Source: Macrostomum lignano (taxonomy: Eukaryota). Taken from it: a DNA stretch of 57,140 bases. The notes under the pieces were generated by a model that had not been told where the DNA came from, made no database searches, and saw only the letters and a list, made by a program, of their open reading frames with translations. Both the position numbers and the translations under genes were made by a program. The DNA is taken from assembly GCA_002269645.1 (NCBI GenBank), contig NIVC01004166.1:1-57140 (forward strand), given 5' to 3'. Positions 1 to 15,700 of the stretch are shown here, in pieces. Numbering within the stretch: position 1 is the first letter of the stretch; each line of letters starts with the position of its first letter.

Positions 1-340
1 AAAGACAGGCAGCCAAAGACAGGCAGCCAAAGACAGGCAGCCAAAGACAGGCAGCCAAAGACAGGCAGCCAAAGACAGGCAGCCAAAGACAGGCAGAAAG
101 ACAGGCAGCCAAAGACAGGCAGCCAAAGACAGGCAGGCCAAAGACAGGCAGCCAAAGACAGGCAGCCAAAGACAGGCAGCCAAAGACAGGCAGCCAAAGA
201 CAGGCAGCCAAAGACAGGCAGCCAAAAAACAGGCGGACAGGCAGCCGACAGGCAGGAAAAGACAGGCAGCCAAAGACAGGCAGCCAAAGACAGGCCGCCA
301 AAGACAGGCAGTCAAAGACAGGCAGCCAAAGACAGGCAGC
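1..340. repeat. 14-bp minisatellite (AAAGACAGGCAGCC)n, truncated by window start
   Basis: About 24 near-identical tandem copies read directly. Confidence 0.97.
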
Positions 341-782
341 AGACAGAGACAGGACAGGCTGTACTCAACAAACCACGAGCATCAAGGCTCCACCATTTGC
401 AGTCCCTAGGATCCCAGGTCCGCGCGGATGACCCGTCTGCTTCACCCCCGGATCGCTAATTCCGAATGTCAGGGATGTCCTGGAGATGGATAAAATAAGC
501 TTTTCATTTCACCTCAGCGTGTTGAAGTATTTAAGATTAAGAAGATTATTTAATTATGAAAGGAAGGCGGCTCGTCAAAATACTAGGACAGCCATTAACT
601 GGGTTGATTCTCACAGGTTTAACGATGCTCCTCATCAAATAGGTCAGATTGATTTGTTTTGGGTGAAAGCTGTCTGTCTGTGTGTCCGCTTTGTAGAAAG
701 CTTTAGAATAAATACAGAAAGACTTTTGCATCCGATGTGATATAAAAAGAATAGATGTAATGGCAGATGCAAAGGCAAAGAA

Positions 783-1500
783 GGGCATTGTGAGATGGGA
801 GAGAGACAGACTGAGAGGGGCATTGTGAGGGGGAGGGAGAGGCAGAGACTGAGAGGGGCATTGTGAGGGGAGGGAGAGCAGAGACTGAGAGGGGCATTGT
901 GAGGGGGAGGGAGAGGCAGAGACTGAGGGGCACTGTGAGGGAGGGAGAGGCCTGAGAGGGGCATTGTGAGGGGAGGGAGAGGCAGAGACTGAGAGGGGCA
1001 TTGTGAGGGGGAGGGAGGGCAGAGACTGAGAGGGGCATTGTGAGGGGGAGGGAGAGGCAGAGACTGAGGGGCACTGTGAGGGAGGGAGAGGCAGAGACTG
1101 AGGGGCACTGTGAGGGAGGGAGAGGCCTGAGAGGGGCATTGTGAGGGGAGGGAGAGGCAGAGACTGAGGGGCACTGTGAGGGAGGGAGAGGCCTGAGAGG
1201 GGCATTGTGAGGGGAGGGAGAGGCAGAGACTGAGAGGGGCATTGTGAGGGGGAGGGAGAGGCAGAGACTGAGGGGCACTGTGAGGGAGGGAGAGGCCTGA
1301 GAGGGGCATTGTGAGGGGAGGGAGAGGCAGAGACTGAGAGGGGCATTGTGAGGGGGAGGGAGAGGCAGAGACTGAGGGGCACTGTGAGGGAGGGAGAGGC
1401 CTGAGAGGGGCATTGTGAGGGGAGGGAGAGGCAGAGACTGAGAGGGGCATTGTGAGGGGGAGGGAGAGGCAGAGACTGGGAGGGGCATTGTGAGGGGGGA
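783..1500. repeat. G/A-rich minisatellite, ~34-38-bp unit (GAGAGGGGCATTGTGAGGGGAGGGAGAGGCAGAGACT and variants)
   Basis: Tandem units visible; accounts for the low-complexity ORFs 546-1509. Confidence 0.95.
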
Positions 1501-2094
1501 GAGCCGCATCTATAAAAAAGCAGACTGAGCTCAGCTAGTTGATTTAAGAGTGTACAATTCCTAATACAATAAAGTAGTAACTCTCTTTAGCAAGTTAGCT
1601 GAAAGAACTTTAGTGTATTTGTCGTGCACATCAAGTTCAAACAAGAACGCAGAAAATACAAATAGAATAGCGTGTTACACTGTATAGGCTAGACAGACGG
1701 TCTCCCTGGAATGCAGATTGACAGTTTTCAGGCAATCCGATAGTTCTATAGTCAGTGAATGTGTACATTGAACACAGAAGCAGACAATTGGAAAGCGCAA
1801 CTGGCGTCCATAGCAACGCGTTGTCCTGGGTAAGTGCATGGACGCAACTGCAGTACAAGGACGCTATACTCGACTTTCATAGAAATGGGCTGGAGGCCGC
1901 TAAAGAGCGCATATTAGTCGCATCGCCAGTACGCATTTAGAATGCCCAGAGAAAGCATAGCGCTGAATGGGGTTTTGCCATAGACAAATTCAGTCAAGAA
2001 AATCGAGTGTATCTTCCTTCTACTTCCAGTTGTCTATGGGTTCGATGTAGTGAGCGAAATCTTCTAGATCATGAATTCTGTTGGGTTGGTCCTC

Positions 2095-4889
<2,795 letters not shown>

Positions 4890-5469
4890 TGCCGTTTTCT
4901 CGGGCCCCGCCTGCTCGGGTGGGGATCGGATAAAGATGCGAACTGGAAATTCGGAAATGCATCCATAAAAACCGCTTTCCCAGCCGAAGCGTGGGGAATA
5001 GAATTCTCTACACAGGCAACCTGGGATCAGGAGGGAGGGAAAGGGATTCCAGCCTCCTTTACTCCTTGATCGCCAAAGCCAAGACTTATCTCAAGGCTCC
5101 CAGGGGAGCAGCGCCAAAGTGAATTAAGACTTTAGAAAGAGAAAAGGGGGCGGGGCGAAAATGAAGTAAGGCGGGAAGGAGAGTGGCGGCACTGGCGGTC
5201 AGGAAGTGGGGATGACCTGGTGGCGGCTCACGGGGAACAAAAGTCCTTTGCCGCCCGTGTTGCTCCCAGCTCTCCATCGCTCTGCAGGGATTTTAGTCAG
5301 CTCCGTTGCACTTTGCGTCTTCTGGGCTGGCTTTGACAGCTGAAGGATCGTTAAGGGCCTTTGGACTGTTGTTGATTGAGCGGCTTGAATTGAAACCTCA
5401 AAGTTGTGAGGTTTGAAACAAGAAAATGGCTTTAAGGTGTCCTGTTCCTTCAAATCTCTGAGGAAGGGA

Positions 5470-6230
5470 TGGGGGGAAGGGAGGAGAGGAAGGGAGGAGA
5501 AGAAGGGAGGAGAAGAAGGGAGGAGAAAAAGGAAGGAGAAAAAGGGAGGAGAAGAAGGGAGGAGAGGAAGGAAGGAGAGGAAGGGAGGAGAGGAAGGGAG
5601 GAGGAGAAGGGAAGAGAAGAAGGGAGGAGAAGAAGGGAGGAGAGGAAGGAAGGAGAGGAAGGGAGGAGAGGAAGGGAGGAGGAGAAGGGAAGAGAAGAAG
5701 GAGGAGAAGAAGGGAGGAGAGGAAGGAAGGAGAGGAAGGGAGGAGAGGAAGGGAGGAGAGGAAGGGAAGAGAAGAAGGGAGGAGAAGAAGGGAGGAGAGG
5801 AAGGAAGGAGAGGAAGGGAGGAGAGGAAGGGAGGAGAGGAAGGAAGGAGAGAAAGGGAGGAGAGGAAGGGAGGAGAGAAAGGGAGGAGAGGAAGGGAGGA
5901 GAAGAATGGAGGAGAGGAAGGGAGGAGAAGAAGGGAGGAAAAGAATGAAGGGATGAGAAGAAGGGAGTATAGGAAGGGAGGAGAAGAAGGGAGGAAAAGA
6001 TGGAAGGGAGGAGAAGAAGGGAGGAGAGGAAGGAGGAGAAGAAGGGAGGAGAAGAAGGGAGGAGAGGAAGGGAGGAGAAAAAGGGAGGAAAAGAAGGAAG
6101 TAGAAGAAGGGAGGAGAAGAAGGGAGGAAAAGAAGGAAGGAGAGGAAGGAAATAGAAAAAGGGAGGGGAGGAAGGGAGGAAAAGAAGGAAGGAGAGGAAG
6201 GAAATAGAAAAAGGGAGGGGAGGAAGGGAG
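5470..6230. repeat. Polypurine (GGA/AGG/GAA) low-complexity tract
   Basis: Almost exclusively G and A on the + strand; accounts for ORFs 5413-6244. Confidence 0.97.
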
Positions 6231-6589
6231 CAGGTAGTCAGCAATGCAGACCGTAAGGCATTCCTTAATTCACTGCAACTAACTGCTGTGGTCGGGCAAA
6301 ATTAACACGAAGAGGCGTGTCAATTATTAACTCGGCTACCCAAGAGCGGCGGTGCACTTTAGACCGCCGCCTACGGATCAGCAGAGTCGCTTTCCAGCTT
6401 CCAGCCGAAGATGAGGAGACTGGGGATGGGGGACTTAGACTCCCGCCTCGCTGAATGCAATGAAATTCTTTACCCGGATAGGAGAAGGCATAGGGAGGGC
6501 CGGTAAGTAACGGTAATGCGACACGATAAGCAATTTTCGCTGGGCGTAGGGAAGGCGGAGAATGCGAGCAAGAAGGACGGCAGTCAGGC

Positions 6590-7010
6590 CAGCCGATCAG
6601 GTGCCCGGTTATTGCAATAATATGGATAGCCTACTTGTAGCATTGTCCCCCGCAGGTACACGCTTACACAGCAGCCTTGACTTGCTCATAGCCCCCACCC
6701 CCCTCAGCCGTTGTCAACCACTCGGATCAACCAGTGGGTGGCTTCTAAGCACAAGGAGAGTTGGTCTAACAGTCCGCTGTCCTTCCCCCGCTCTCAGCAA
6801 GGCCCTGCCGCAACCGCAGGGACATCAGGGCGGTGACAATGGCGCTCTCGGGTCATGTCTGTTTTGCCAGACATCGCCAACTCCAGGGCAAAATGCGTAG
6901 CGAGGAATGCCCATTCTGCCTCTCCGGTGTTGAGAATCTGTGAATGCCCCCCGCCTTTACCTCGGCCCAAAGCAGGACCTCACCACGCAGTATCAAGTGT
7001 CTCATGAAAC
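6590..7010 (+). mobile_element. Decayed Loa-like LINE remnant (RNase H tail and CCHC region of ORF2)
   Basis: Translation pieces TRINQWVASKHKESW and DIRAVTMALSGHVCFARHRQLQGKMRSEECPFC align by eye with DIRALTMTFTGHGCFARH...ELCPFC of ORF2 at 16072-19776; frameshifted. Confidence 0.75.
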
Positions 7011-8104
7011 CCGACCAGAGAGAGCTAACCTGAAAACTAGGAATCGAGCCTGGGTCCTCTGTCGGAAGAGAACAATCTGCGATGCAATAACCTGCCGCTT
7101 CCCACCATGCCTAAGGAGACAGGCAAAGAGAGAAGAACGAAAATAATGAGGGATAGGCAGCAGATGAGAAGCCTCAAGTTGCGTGCCAGGCCCTACTGGG
7201 AGCCTAAAAGGAAGATTCACTTTTCTCCGGCAGTCGATCACACACACACACCCTCATGAGCACGCGGGCGCCATCTATTGGTCAGTGGCCCCTCTCCCTC
7301 CCTACCATTCATTCCATGGCGAAGTCTCTAAGCCTTTGTGTGTGGGCCAGTTTTTTACTCTAGCACTCTCTCTTCCTCTCTCTCTCTCTCTCAACTTTCA
7401 AGAGGGGAGCAGCGGTCGGGTCTACCCGACCTGCATGGCGCGCACGCAATTCGGCCGCAGGCCTCCGCGCAGATGCCTGCGCTCCAGGTTGAGATCATCC
7501 CGAGGTGGCTGGCTTTGGTTCCCGGTGAAGTCCGTTGGCACACGGGTGGCCCAGGGTTTTTTTTCAATTTCCGTCCCGCAGGCAGCCGCCGCGGCCTTCA
7601 TTATTCATGACCGATTGGGGACGGGGGCGGAGAAGGCGGGACCGCCATTCCAAACAGGGAATTCTCCAGCACTGGTCTAGCTATCCATGCCGCAGAGCGC
7701 GGGGCTTACAAATTCAGGACTTTATGGAAGCCACGTCGAACCCACTCGTACTACTCTCCTCTTCAAGTCAGTTCCTTTTCTTTGGTGTTTTTCTTAAGCC
7801 TGGAGAGTCTACTCAGCTGAGTCCTTCGCTGCGTCCGCTCCGCACCCGATTCTAATTCAAATTCTCTTTCTATTTTCCGCACAAAGCTTTCCAATATGAG
7901 AGGCGCCAGTGCGGGGGAGGGCTTTCTAGACTGAGGGGAACAAATTGAGCCATCAGATTCTGTGTTCAAATGCCCTCTGACTGTTAAATGCCGGTGTTAG
8001 ATAAACTGTAGATAAATCAAAGAGATACCCTCAGGGCAGCCAAATAATATCAATAATAACTGCAAGAAGGCTGCGGACACCCGGCGACATCCTGCCTATA
8101 CAGC

Positions 8105-8280
8105 TGACTCCTGAGCACATGCAAGCGCGCCAATACTGTGCGCAGACACTGCACTCATGCACACGCTCACACAGGGTGTACAGCGGCCCTTTGAATTTCT
8201 AATCGTCAGGCATGTACACTCTCTGCGCCTTGGAGGCTGGCCCTGATGCCTGTGAATCGCCCTTAGGCCAATTTTCTTGC
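8105..8280 (-). mobile_element. SINE fragment (central domain shared with the SINE at 48985)
   Basis: Reverse complement contains GGCCAGCCTCCAAGGCGCAGAGAGTGTACATGCC...GGGCCGCTGTACAC...TGTGTGAGCG...GCGCGCTTGCATGTGCTCAGGAG. Confidence 0.8.
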
Positions 8281-8305
8281 ACTCGCAAGCCCCAAATAAA
8301 TGAGC

Positions 8306-8511
8306 AGTGAGCACCATGAGTGAGCACCATGAGTGAGCACCATGAGTGAGCACCATGAGTGAGCACCATGAGTGAGCACCATGAGTGAGCACCATGAGTG
8401 AGCACCATGAGTGAGCACCATGAGTGAGCACCATGAGTGAGCACCATGAGTGAGCACCATGAGTGAGCACCATGAGTGAGCACCATGAGTGAGCACCATG
8501 AGTGAGCACCA
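8306..8511. repeat. 13-bp minisatellite (GAGTGAGCACCAT)n
   Basis: About 16 perfect copies. Confidence 0.98.
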
Positions 8512-8926
8512 TGCTCCTGAAAAACTCAGCAGCCGGCAGCCACAGCGGCAGATATCAGAGCTCACGCAAGTCGCCGAGGCTTTGGCGAAGTCCGACTGCT
8601 TCGCCAGAGTCCCCTGCTGCTCGGTCACCGTCCCGACGACGCCGCCGTCGCCGCTTCCACCGGGGCCGCCACCACCCAAATCAACAGCGCAGGCCCACAG
8701 ACAAGTCATGTTCTGATTGGCTGACAGATAAATGATGAGAGTACAGCTCGACTCAAATTGCCGCCTGATGCTGCCAGAGGTCTCTGATAAACGAGTTCTG
8801 AACAACTTTGAGCCCGGGAAACGAACGCAAAAGTAAAGCATCGGCGAGGGGACTTTAAAGGCAAACCGAATCCAATGGGAGGCGTTGGCCAATCAGAGGT
8901 CGCTATGGATTGAGTGCAGAGCTAGC

Positions 8927-9380
<454 letters not shown>

Positions 9381-9743
9381 GGCAGGCGGGTAACTTCTGA
9401 ATTTACTGCCAGTAGATTTAGCAGGGAAAGAGGAAATTCCAATTGAAATTACTCTGATTCAAGATGGCTTTTGCAGTTATGAAAGCTACGAGCGTACAAC
9501 ATGCTATATTTTGTCGCTCAGTGTATTAATAACCGTGTATGATTTATAGTCTGCATAATTTATATTTAGAAAATTCCAGAAAGTAAATAGAATCTCTTGC
9601 TAATCCTTGCTTTCGCAGATGCCGTGAAGGAAACAGACAGCAATGGAGGATTATAAGTGACGCCAAACTGCGCATTAGTAAAATTCAGAAAAGTAATTAT
9701 TAATTAAAGAAAGCACGAAGCCTTAATACCCACGTAGATGAGT

Positions 9744-10205
9744 CCATCATTGCCTGTCTGTCACTAGCTGTTTAACTAAAAACCTGTCCATCATTGCCTG
9801 TCTGTCACTAGCTGTTTAACTACAAACCTGTCCATCATTGCCTGTCTGTCACTAGCTGTTTAACTAAAAACCTGTCCATCATTGCCTGTCTGTCTCTGGC
9901 TGTTTAACTAAAAACCTGTCCATCATTGCCTGTCTGTATCTGGCTGTTTAACTAAAAACCTGTCCATCATTGCCTGTCTGTATCTGGCTGTTTAACTAAA
10001 AACCTGTCCATCATTGCCTGTCTGTATCTGGCTGTTTAACTAAAAACCTGTCCATCATTGCCTGTCTGTATCTGGCTGTTTAACTAAAAACCTGTCCATC
10101 ATTGCCTGTCTGTATCTGGCTGTTTAACTAAAAACCTGTCCATCATTGCCTGTCTGTATCTGGCTGTTTCCCCTAAAAACCTGTCCATCATAGCAACGCC
10201 TGTCT
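9744..10205. repeat. 43-bp minisatellite (AAAACCTGTCCATCATTGCCTGTCTGTATCTGGCTGTTTAACT)n
   Basis: About 10 tandem copies with a variant gradient. Confidence 0.97.
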
Positions 10206-10642
10206 GTCAACACCAACCCTTAGTCTCATCCAGTTCTCTCCATGCTCAGCCCAAAATACACCTGTTGAGAGTTTGGGCGGATAATTTTTTTCACAAATCC
10301 ACCAAGCTAAGGGAGTGCTGAATATCCTTATGGGAAATATATATCCCAACTCTAAAGGCTGCTTCTTTAATTATGCATGGAAACATAAATATTCTATAAG
10401 CAAATTTCTTTGCATACTGGAAACCGCCCTGCATCCTATCTACAGTTTGCAATGCATTTATTTAAGCTTCAGTCAACTTCGAGATGGAATGCAATAGCTG
10501 TGCGAATATAACCAGCAGCAGACATCCCAGCCCTACCATCCCAGGTTAAAAATGGAATAAGCACTAAAATTTTTATTTGCTCAATATAGATAGAGGAAGA
10601 ACTCCCAGAATGCTATCTAGCAGCACTAATTGCTGCCAGAGT

Positions 10643-10683
<41 letters not shown>

Positions 10684-11117
10684 TGAACTCAAATCTCAAT
10701 AGCGGTACAATTTCAGTTCTTTTAAGATAAAAAAGCTGTCTTTGCAAACGGCGTTTTTCGAGTACAATGTAGCAGCTAGGGGTTATAGTGCGGCAGATAC
10801 AGAGAATATCATTATTATGCTTTGGTTTTCTCTCCTTTTAATTGGAATAATGCTAATATTAATAATCATTCGTGTTAAAAACATATGCGACATAAAAGTT
10901 CTAAAGTGTTCAACCTAATTAGTCAAAACCTAATTAGCTTTAAACACAAGATGCCGTTCTGACTATACATACTGTACATGAAGTTTAAAAACTTTCCAGC
11001 TAGTTAACCTAAAAAATCCACTTAATTAACAATAAACAAACTAATAAGCCTAAATTAGACCCATTTATTAGCCTGAAAATACATGTAGCTACCAAATTAG
11101 TCGGAAAGTGGCTAACC

Positions 11118-11340
11118 AATTAGCCTGAAAATGGCTACCCAATTAGCCTGAAAATGGCTACCCAATTAGCCTGAAAATGATTACCCAATTAGCCTGAAAA
11201 TGGCTACACGATTAGCCTGAAAGAGGCTACCCAATTAGCCTGAAAATGATTACCCAATTAGCCTGAAAGTGGCTACCCAATTAGCCTGAAAATGGCTACC
11301 CAATTAGCCTGAAAATGATTACCCAATTAGCCTGAAAATG
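11118..11340. repeat. 23-bp minisatellite (CCAATTAGCCTGAAAATGGCTAC)n
   Basis: About 10 tandem copies. Confidence 0.96.
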
Positions 11341-12733
11341 GCTGCATGGCTGAATATGACAATTGTCACAAGTACTCTCGCACTTAAACAGCGAACCCAA
11401 CTGCAAAGGTGCAGCGTGACATCACGTGACACTAAATACTCACGGGCGTCTCCGCGGTCGAACAGGAGCACGAGCAAAGATTGTCGCGAAGCCGTCGGCG
11501 AAACGATTCGCCAAGGCTCGGCTGCTGGTGCATGCTCAGGCTTTCAACTAATCAGTTAAAGGCACTTAGCCTGTCATTTTCTTGTTCTTTTCTTCCGTCT
11601 CAATTCCAGAAGAGGTTGCCTGCTCACCAGTTTGTTTAATACTGTCGTGCTGCCATTCTATGACTTGAAAGACCTCAAAGGGCACAAGTGTTCCGATGTG
11701 AACCTGGCGTGAGCGATCTCTCTCCTCTTCTGTTCTTCGCTTTCGAAAAGCTGCAAGCGTGCTGCCTTTCACCCCACCCCGCCAATTCTCTCTCTATCTG
11801 CCGCAATTCGCGGGTACCGCAGCAGCGGCATTCGACCCGAGCTACCCTCCGCCCTACCCAGACACGCGCACAAGCCCACCACCCAACCACAGGTCGAGAG
11901 CGAGTGGTTTCTCTCTGTTCGCCATCAACCCCAACCCCCCCTCCCCCCCCCTAAGCAAGCTCATATGGTTCATATGGCTCGGCCCAGGCATGAGTCATGA
12001 ATTCTCCGGCCGGCAGGCGAACGGCTAACCAGACCATTGCTCTGGCAGCGGTACATGTACGCCCTCCAATATTGCAGTGTACATGCATTTGCGGCGAATT
12101 AAAACTTGGCGATTTAATGTACAAGGGTGCAATGCTCTTGACTCCGTGTTGATCGAATGAAGACACAACTAACTTGTTCTTGGATTAACATAACAATAAA
12201 ATGCTTCAATTATGGAAACAAAGTACATTATGTATATTCCTTTCGGCAGGGCCTAAAACCTGACAATGTAAAAAATTTGACAAAAAATCAATAAAAGATG
12301 AACATATTTAACATATAGTATTCTCACACGCAAATGATATGCACTCTATTATAGTTTATTTGTTTTAATAAATATACAATAAACACAAAAGCAGAATTGC
12401 ATATCAGGTGCGATCGGCACTCTTAGCTTAGCTTAATTTGACAGCGAATTTCATATAAAAATATCTCCCCACGAAATGCAGTTGAATGAAACACTACTGG
12501 AGTTAGCTGGGCTGAGTCCAAGTATTTTTAATCTACTCCTACTGAGTGCCGCCCCGGTGCTATCTTGTACCTATTAAAAAATCACAAATCAAACAACACG
12601 TATCTATTTATGAACGGAACGAGTAGTTATATTTTTCTCAAGCAAACGGATTTGGATACAATAAATATCAAATATCAATCATAAGCGGTTTCAGTGAATA
12701 AGCAAATGTGCTGTGAATTTGTACGAAGCTTGA

Positions 12734-15700
12734 TCAGCGATAGTGCACAACCCGTTGCTCGCGCTGGCCACCGGCGAAGACGCGACAAATGATGTACATT
12801 CTAAGAATTTGAGAGGGTGGAAATCCGCGCGGTTGATTGATGCAAGCATTCTAGCCGTTTAAATCACCCGAAACCACTGAGATAATCCTGCTGGGATTGC
12901 AATAACACTGAGATAATCCTGCTGGGATTGCAATAACACTGAGATAATCCTGCTGGGATTGCAATAACACTGAGATAATCCTGCTGGGATTGCAATAACA
13001 CTGAGATAATCCTGCTGGGATTGCAATAACACTGAGATAATCCTGCTGGGATTGCAATAACACTGAGATAATCCTGCTGGGATTGCAATGATACTGAGAT
13101 AATCCTGCTGGGATTGCAATGATACTGAGATAATCCTGCTGGGATTGCAATGACATTGAGATAATCCTGCTGGGATTGAAATAACACTGAGATAATCCTG
13201 CTGGGATTGCAATGATACTGAGATAATCCTGCTGGGATTGCAATGATACTGAGATAATCCTGCTGGGATTGCAATGATACTGAGATAATCCTGCTGGGAT
13301 TGCAATGACATTGAGATAATCCTGCTGGGATTCCAATGGCACTGAGATAATCCTGCTGGGATTGCAATGATACTGAGATAATCCTGCTGGGATTGCAATG
13401 ATACTGAGATAATCCTGCTGGGATTGCAATGATACTGAGATAATCCTGCTGGGATTGCAATGATACTGAGATAATCCTGCTGGGATTGCAATGACATTGA
13501 GATAATCCTGCTGGGATTCCAATGGCACTGAGATAATCCTGCTGGGATTGCAATGATACTGAGATAATCCTGCTGGGATTGCAATGATACTGAGATAATC
13601 CTGCTGGGATTGCAATAACACTGAGATAATCCTGCTGGGATTGCAATAACACTGAGATAATCCTGCTGGGATTGCAATAACACTGAGATAATCCTGCTGG
13701 GATTGCAATGATACTGAGATAATCCTGCTGGGATTGCAATAACACTGAGATAATCCTGCTGGGATTGCAATGATACTGAGATAATCCTGCTGGGATTGCA
13801 ATGATACTGAGATAATCCTGCTGGGATTGCAATGATACTGAGATAATCCTGCTGGGATTGCAATGATACTGAGATAATCCTGCTGGGATTGCAATGACAT
13901 TGAGATAATCCTACTGGGATTGCAATGACAGATAATCCTGCTGGGATTACAATGACACTGAGATAATCCTGCTGGGATTGCAATGATACTGAGATAATCC
14001 TGCTGGGATTGCAATCACGCCTATGCAGAAGCTGAAAAATGGGGAAAGAAAATTCCCTAAGAAACTAATGCTTTTCCCAGCCCCAATGACCTATGCAGAT
14101 TTTAAAAACAGTGTCAGACAAATCTAATCGCCTTGTCCAAAAATAATAGAATGGAAAATTGAAATTATGTGTTCTCAGCTGCATGTTCAGTATTAGATTC
14201 GTCAGTTGCGCCATTGCAAGTAGTGAAAACAATTGCGTAACAAGAGCAGGCATCAATTGCAAAGTTTAGAGCATAAATTTAAGGGCGTCATAAAATGCTG
14301 TACATTATTAGATAGAAATTTTGGCAGACAACTCAAATGTACATATTTATTGAGATCTATTGTGATTAAGGGATTGAGAAACAATGAATAGACTATGTAC
14401 ATTCATAAAGTAGAACATGCCTCTTATCACAAGTTTGCTAACACGCAGACTTCCTTTGAAAATAAAGTTGCAGTCAATTGAAACAATTACCCTCAGTACT
14501 CAAATCAGTTCTCTGGCCTCGCGATGCCAAACTTTCGACGCACACATGAAGAGAATCGTATCTGGTGCTGCATCCTCTGCTTCCGCAAAGCCGATCGCGT
14601 TATTTCAGCTGCTCAAGCAGAACTCATCGAGCAATTTATCCTGCCAGAATTCTGTCATGCCTACATCCGTAATACTCTGCCAGGAGGCATGTGCAGCTGC
14701 TGCAGCAAGAAATTGCAGTCACAGACGTCACCTGTACCGCAAGAACTGCCTGCTCGACTGCCATACCTTCAAATTGTTGCAGATTTGGAGGTTTTGCCAC
14801 AACTCACACGTGAGCATCCGCACTGCTCCTGCTGTATCTGCCAGGTAGTTTCCAGCCCATCAAACAAGCGGGTGGCGGTCTGGCACCCATACATGTCTGA
14901 CAGCAGCCGGGCCAACCATAAATTGCCCCAAGGACGACCTGCAGAAACAACTCGAAGCCAGGACAGAGACTCGGAGAAGCGCTGCACTAGGTGCCACTCA
15001 CTTGTGGGCAAAGGCCTAAGGCACAAGTGCAGCGTCTCCAGCAAGTTGCAGTACCTGCGCACGCTCAGCCCTACATCAAAAGAGCACATCGCTCATGACG
15101 TGATGCGTGAAAAGCTAAGAGCAGCAGCAGCATCAGGACATGGATCAACGGCTTCTATTTCCAGCGCCACCGGTGGCCCACCAATGCAGCTGAGGCATGC
15201 AAGTGATTCAAATGAGCAGAGAGCGCTGAGGACCGAGACACTAGTAACGTTAAAGACATCTCTCAATCTGAGTGACCGGCAGACAAACATGGCAGCCACA
15301 ATTATCAGGCAGGCGGAGGGCAGTCGTAAGGCCGTGCAACCCGGACTGCGGGCAGCTCTGGCAGCCGCAGGCAGCATCGCAGAGAGTTTTTTTGAGATGC
15401 GGCAGCTCAAATTCACTCAAAAGTCCTCAGGTGGCAGCTTTACTGATACCACAAGATGTTCCGTCATATGCCCCGATCTGCAGGGCCTGCTGAGCTTCAT
15501 TTGCTCAAAGCGAGGATTTAGTGAGTTCGATGTGAGATTGAAGCTAGGGATGGACGGAGGTGGTGGCTCGCTAAAAATCTGCCTTAGTGTCGCCCCAGTA
15601 CTGCCTACCGAACCACAGGCAGAGTCCACACCTAAGAAGCTGAGCAGGGAGTCGCGAATAAGCAACTTTGGCATAAAAAAACTGTTTATCATCGCGATTG

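Noticed and set aside
7183-8892. Short GC-rich ORFs as host exons
   Set aside because: No recognisable motifs and no consistent splice chain could be built; left unannotated.
11338-12166. Short ORFs between the 23-bp array and the BNIP3 3' end
   Set aside because: No homology signal or exon chain; could be an unrecognised repeat.
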